From: a virus
UHGV virus genome: UHGV-1010924
DNA length: 36,858 nucleotides
Strand: one strand, 5' to 3'
The notes under the pieces: model-generated
Database searches by the model: none
Seen by the model: only the letters and a program-made list of their open reading frames with translations
Told to the model about the DNA's origin: nothing
Shown: one piece after another, positions 33,557-36,858 of the stretch
How positions within the stretch are numbered: position 1 is the first letter of the stretch
How the letters are laid out: each line of letters opens with the position of its first letter
Translations under genes and position numbers: made by a program

Positions 33557-34068
33557 GCCCCCAACTGCGTCAGCGCATCGCCGTAGGAATGCTGAGCATC
33601 AGCGCCGCCGGCTTCGCTACCTGGCAGGCCAACGAAGGCTTGACCACCACCGCAGTAATCCCCACACAGGGCGACGTGCCCACCATCGGCCACGGCTCGA
33701 CCCGTTACGAAGACGGCTCGCCAGTCCGCATGGGCGACACCATCACGCCCCAGCGCGCCGAGATCCTGGCCCGCAACCTGAACAGCCAAGCCGAGAAGCA
33801 GTTCGCCGCGTCACTGCCGGGTGTCACGCTGCATCAAACTGAGTTCGATGTGTACATGGACTTCGTGGGCCAGTACGGCATTGGCACCTGGCTCAAGGGC
33901 TCACCGCGCCGTGACCTGCTGGCCGGGAACTACGCCCAGGCTTGCAACGACCTGCTCAAGTACAAGTACGCCGCTGGGTTCGACTGCTCCACGCCGGGTA
34001 ACAAGCGGTGTGCTGGAGTCTGGGCTCGGCAGTTGAAGCGCCATGCCAAGTGCATGAGCGTGCAGTAA
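33553..34068 (+). CDS. SAR endolysin, T4-lysozyme-like (GH24)
   Basis: The N-terminal SAR domain IAVGMLSISAAGFATW is followed by EG...D...T in ANEGLTTTAVIPTQGDVPTIGHGST, as in phage 21 R. ATGA overlap with the holin. Confidence 0.85.
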   Translation: MSPQLRQRIAVGMLSISAAGFATWQANEGLTTTAVIPTQGDVPTIGHGSTRYEDGSPVRMGDTITPQRAEILARNLNSQAEKQFAASLPGVTLHQTEFDVYMDFVGQYGIGTWLKGSPRRDLLAGNYAQACNDLLKYKYAAGFDCSTPGNKRCAGVWARQLKRHAKCMSVQ

Positions 34069-34092
34069 TCCCCAACCGCAGAGGTAATACCC

Positions 34093-34446
34093 GTGAACGA
34101 TCAATCGATTGAGCAAGAAATCCAGGCCAAGGGCCTGACCGCGCCGCGCGTCACTCCGGCGGACCTGCAAGCCAATATCAAGGGGTGTGTCTACTTCACC
34201 GCCCAAGATGGTGTGCAGGGCAGTGATCCACATATGGCGCAATACACCGACAAGTCGCTGGATCTGCTGACCTTCTGTGTCCTGGTGCTGCGCAACGGTT
34301 TCACCGTCACCGGCGAGAGCGCATGCGCCAGTCCTGAGAACTTCGACGCGGAGTTAGGCCGCAAGATCGCCCGCCAGAACGCCGAGCAGAAGGTATGGCC
34401 GCTGATGGGCTACGCGCTCAAACAGCAACTGTACGCCGAGTCCTGA
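34093..34446 (+). CDS. Gp49-like lysis-module protein (117 aa; tentative Phage_gp49_66 family)
   Basis: GTG start after AGAGG. The GFTVTGESACASPENFDAELGRKIA pattern is recalled from lysis-region proteins of the N4 gp49 and Sf6 gp66 type. Confidence 0.4.
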   Translation: MNDQSIEQEIQAKGLTAPRVTPADLQANIKGCVYFTAQDGVQGSDPHMAQYTDKSLDLLTFCVLVLRNGFTVTGESACASPENFDAELGRKIARQNAEQKVWPLMGYALKQQLYAES

Positions 34447-34457
34447 CCGTGGGCGCC

Positions 34458-34901
34458 ATGGCTCGCTATCTCGTTGCAGGGCTTGCCATGGCGCTTGTTC
34501 TGGCGTTGTGGCGTCTCGATCATGTCAGCACCAGCCTTGCCGCCGCAACGCAGCGTGTGAGCGAGCTGGAGACCGCCAACGCATCACGCCGCGCCACCCA
34601 GAAGCTGCTGACCCAGCTCGACACCGACAACACGAAGGTACTCACCGATGCTCAAGCCCAGAACAAAGCCCTGCTTGCTCGCCTTGGCACTGGCGCTCAG
34701 CGGCTGTCAGTCCCAGCCAAGTGCCCCGTCGTGCGAACCAGCCCAGGCCCCGGCCGCGTGGATGATGCAGAAGCGCGCGCCGAACTTGACCCAGCGGCTG
34801 GTCAACGAATTGTCGGCATCGCCAACGACGGAGACGAAGCAATCATCGCCTTGAATGGATTGATCGATTACGTCAACGCCAGCTGCCTCCCTCGCAAATA
34901 G
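34458..34901 (+). CDS. Rz: Rz-like i-spanin
   Basis: An N-terminal TMD LVAGLAMALVLALW is followed by a coiled-coil periplasmic domain. An embedded lipoprotein ORF is present. An alternative GTG start lies at 34449. Confidence 0.7.
   Translation: MARYLVAGLAMALVLALWRLDHVSTSLAAATQRVSELETANASRRATQKLLTQLDTDNTKVLTDAQAQNKALLARLGTGAQRLSVPAKCPVVRTSPGPGRVDDAEARAELDPAAGQRIVGIANDGDEAIIALNGLIDYVNASCLPRK
34648..34854 (+). CDS. Rz1: Rz1-like o-spanin lipoprotein, embedded in Rz in the +1 frame
   Basis: Signal plus lipobox LLALALALSGC. The mature part is Pro-rich. It lies wholly inside Rz in a different frame. Confidence 0.65.
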   Translation: MLKPRTKPCLLALALALSGCQSQPSAPSCEPAQAPAAWMMQKRAPNLTQRLVNELSASPTTETKQSSP

Positions 34902-34915
34902 TCGGGAACCCGACA
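34896..34915 (+). promoter_or_regulatory. Conserved late-region element, copy 5 (variant)
   Basis: aaatagtcgggaacccgaca. It overlaps the Rz stop and lies 55 nt upstream of the 34971 gene. Confidence 0.55.
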
Positions 34916-34970
34916 GCCCAACCCATTGATTCTGGCCCTCGTTGATCAACAACCAACTGAGGCCAGACCA

Positions 34971-35348
34971 ATGCCAGCACCAGAACTCACCACGCAGACC
35001 CCGGGCGATACCACCGCCAACACTGCGCCAGTCACTGAAACCCCAGCACCTCCAGCACTGTACGTCGCCAAGCATAACGGTGGCGGGCGCTGGAAGATCT
35101 GGTCGACCGCTACTGACGACTGGTTCAGCGATTACGTTGTTGCCGGTGAAGGCGCAAAGGAACAGGCCGAGGCAGAAGCTGAGCGCCTGATTGCCGGCGG
35201 TGATCCGTTCGTCAAGCCTGCCGAGCCGCCGCCCGAGGTAAAGGCCGCTCCAAAGCCCAAGGCTGTGACTGCCACGCCTACCACGATCAAGCAGCCCGTT
35301 CTGACCAGCGAAGGCTGGCTCTGCCCTGAACCACCGGTCAAGGAGTAA
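34971..35348 (+). CDS. Hypothetical Pro/Ala/Thr-rich protein (125 aa)
   Basis: ATG at 34971, downstream of late element copy 5. Lies in the block before the portal (the T7 gp6.5-7.7 region). Confidence 0.45.
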   Translation: MPAPELTTQTPGDTTANTAPVTETPAPPALYVAKHNGGGRWKIWSTATDDWFSDYVVAGEGAKEQAEAEAERLIAGGDPFVKPAEPPPEVKAAPKPKAVTATPTTIKQPVLTSEGWLCPEPPVKE

Positions 35349-35353
35349 CGATC

Positions 35354-35557
35354 ATGGGCAGCAAGCCAAAGGCACCAAAGACCGTTGCCGCACCTGATCC
35401 GCAGGTTGAAGCCCAGAAGGCCGCAGACCTGGCAGCCCAGAAGGCCAACGAAGAGACCGCCACCCGCAAGAAGCGCAAGGCCGAGAGCAGCCTGCTCTCC
35501 ACTGGTGGCGCTGCTGGGTCCGTACTTGATCAGGGCAAAAGGACACTCGGCGCATGA
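35354..35557 (+). CDS. Small basic/Ala-rich protein (67 aa), possibly a T7 gp6.7/7.3-like minor virion protein
   Basis: Its stop overlaps the portal ATG (ATGA). Confidence 0.4.
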   Translation: MGSKPKAPKTVAAPDPQVEAQKAADLAAQKANEETATRKKRKAESSLLSTGGAAGSVLDQGKRTLGA

Positions 35558-36858
35558 ACGCAGACCAGATCGCCAAAACGCTGAGCACCTTGAAGTCACT
35601 CCGCTCACCGCATGAGACGGTCTGGCGCGATTGCTTCGATCACAGCTACCCGATCCGGGGCAGTGGCTTTTGCACTGAGCAGATCTCCGCCATCGAGGCG
35701 CAGATGCGCAAGGCAAGGATGATCGATGGCACCACCACGGACGCGGCGCGGATCTTGTCGTCCGGGATCATGTCCGGCCTGACCCCGGCGAACTCGCTGT
35801 GGTTCGGCATGGACGTGGGCCAGGAAAGCGAGGACGAGCGCCGCTGGCTGGATGACTCAGCCGACATCCTGTGGCAGAACATCCACGCCTCCAACTTCGA
35901 TGCGGCGGCCTTTGAGGGCCTGATCGACGTTGTATGTGCTGGCTGGTTTGCCCTGTACATCGATCAGGACATGGAGAAGGGCGGCTTCACGTTCGATCTG
36001 TGGCCTATCGCGAGCGTGTACTGCTCGGCGTCCAAGGCAGGCGGCAAGATCGACACCGTGTACCGCGAGTACAAGCTGACGGCTGAACAGGCTGTCAACG
36101 AGTTCGGCGAAGAGAACCTGAGCGAAGGCACGCGCAAGCTGGCCAAGGAAAAGCCGCAGGAAATGGTTAGCTTCGTCCACGCCATCTACCCACGCACTAC
36201 GCACATGGTCGGCGCCAAGCTGGCCAAAAACATGCCGGTGGCATCGTGCAAGGTGGAAGTCGAGGCCAAGCGCCTGGTGAGTGAGTCGGGCTATCACGAA
36301 ATGCCTGTCGTTGTGCCGCGCTGGATGATGATCCCTGACAGCGTGTACGCCGTGGGCCCGGTGTTCGATGCCTTGCCCGACTCGCGCACCCTGAACGAAT
36401 TGTGCCGGATGGACCTGGCAGCCGGTGACCTGGCCATCGCTGGCATGTGGATTGCCGAGGATGATGGCGTGTTGAACCCGCGAACCGTCAAGGTTGGGCC
36501 GCGCAAGATCATCGTGGCCAACAGCGTTGAGAGCATGAAGCCATTGCAGTCCGGCTCCAACTTCCAGTACGCCGAGACCAAGATCCAGCGCCTGCAGGGT
36601 TCTATCCGCAAGATCCTGATGGCCGACCAGCTCCAGGCCCAGGATGGCCCAGCGATGACCGCGACCGAGGTGCATGTGCGTGTGAACCTGATCCGCCAAC
36701 TGCTGGGCCCGGTGTACGGCCGGCTCCAGACTGAGTACCTGCAACCGATGATTGAGCGGTGCTTCGGCATTGCCTACCGCGCCGGGGTTCTGGGCACTGC
36801 GCCTGAGTCGTTGGCTGGTCGCAACTTCACTGTGCGTTACCTGTCGCCGCTGGCCCGC
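35554..36858 (+). CDS. Portal (head-to-tail connector) protein, N-terminal 435 codons; the ORF is open at the window end
   Basis: ATG at 35554 after AAAAGGA. It runs to the window end in frame 1, the same frame as the portal C-terminus at 1-291. Together they give about 532 aa (T7 gp8 is 536 aa). Confidence 0.8.
   Translation, partial: MNADQIAKTLSTLKSLRSPHETVWRDCFDHSYPIRGSGFCTEQISAIEAQMRKARMIDGTTTDAARILSSGIMSGLTPANSLWFGMDVGQESEDERRWLDDSADILWQNIHASNFDAAAFEGLIDVVCAGWFALYIDQDMEKGGFTFDLWPIASVYCSASKAGGKIDTVYREYKLTAEQAVNEFGEENLSEGTRKLAKEKPQEMVSFVHAIYPRTTHMVGAKLAKNMPVASCKVEVEAKRLVSESGYHEMPVVVPRWMMIPDSVYAVGPVFDALPDSRTLNELCRMDLAAGDLAIAGMWIAEDDGVLNPRTVKVGPRKIIVANSVESMKPLQSGSNFQYAETKIQRLQGSIRKILMADQLQAQDGPAMTATEVHVRVNLIRQLLGPVYGRLQTEYLQPMIERCFGIAYRAGVLGTAPESLAGRNFTVRYLSPLAR

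Noticed and set aside
35857-36744. A 295-aa minus-strand ORF inside the portal region
   Set aside because: It is antisense to the portal gene, which has a strong RBS, an ATGA-coupled start and is continuous with the portal C-terminus at the window start. It is a shadow ORF.
1-36858. CRISPR arrays, rRNA or tRNA genes, IS elements
   Set aside because: There are no regularly spaced direct repeats, no tRNA-like cloverleaf candidates, and no transposase-like ORFs or terminal inverted repeats of IS size. The only repeats found are the late element, the operator palindromes and the 15-bp inverted repeat already reported.

Overview
This window reads as one unit length of a temperate, T7-like podophage genome, roughly 62% GC, most likely from Pseudomonas. 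The single-subunit RNA polymerase is absent (no roughly 800-residue ORF anywhere). It has not been replaced by another polymerase; late transcription is instead marked by a repeated 20-bp element.

The window starts inside the C-terminal 97 codons of a T7-type portal gene and ends inside the N-terminal 435 codons of a portal gene in the same reading frame. It is therefore a circular or circularly permuted genome, or one unit of a tandem array. No host flanks are visible.

**Plus strand, 1-17448 (late module).** Portal C-terminus, scaffold, major capsid followed by a terminator like T7 T-phi, tail tubular proteins A and B, an inserted GNAT acetyltransferase, four internal virion (ejection) proteins, small and large terminase, and a tail fibre that fuses a T7 gp17-like N-terminus to a low-GC SGNH/GDSL esterase domain.

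**Minus strand, 17478-27328 (integration, early-left, immunity).**
- P4-type tyrosine integrase, an attP-like AT-rich repeat region, and an AlpA-type excisionase.
- About 15 small early-left genes. These include a C5-cytosine methyltransferase whose conserved motifs are split between two reading frames, an AAA_24 (Sak4-like) ATPase, and a strongly acidic first gene that could be an Ocr/ArdA-like DNA mimic.
- A near-consensus sigma70 early-left promoter.
- A low-GC secreted-protein moron with its own terminator in the position lambda rexAB occupies.
- A LexA/S24-type CI repressor.

**Plus strand, 27329-36858 (early-right, lysis, head).** Operator-rich OR region, Cro, two tandem ribbon-helix-helix proteins, a terminator like tR1, O-like replication initiator plus DnaB helicase, NinB, NinG, a small HTH protein, and then a late-element-plus-terminator pair resembling lambda PR'/tR'. 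After that come pinholin, SAR endolysin, a Gp49-like protein, Rz with embedded Rz1, two small proteins and the portal N-terminus.

The signal I would look at first is a conserved 20-bp element, AAATAGTCGGGAAACCGACA, present five times, always on the plus strand and always at 3' gene boundaries in the late and lysis modules. I read it as a candidate late promoter or activator site. Other points worth a second look are the structured early-left leader with a 15-bp inverted repeat and terminator, the two-frame methyltransferase, the cI-adjacent moron, and the GNAT gene inside the virion module.
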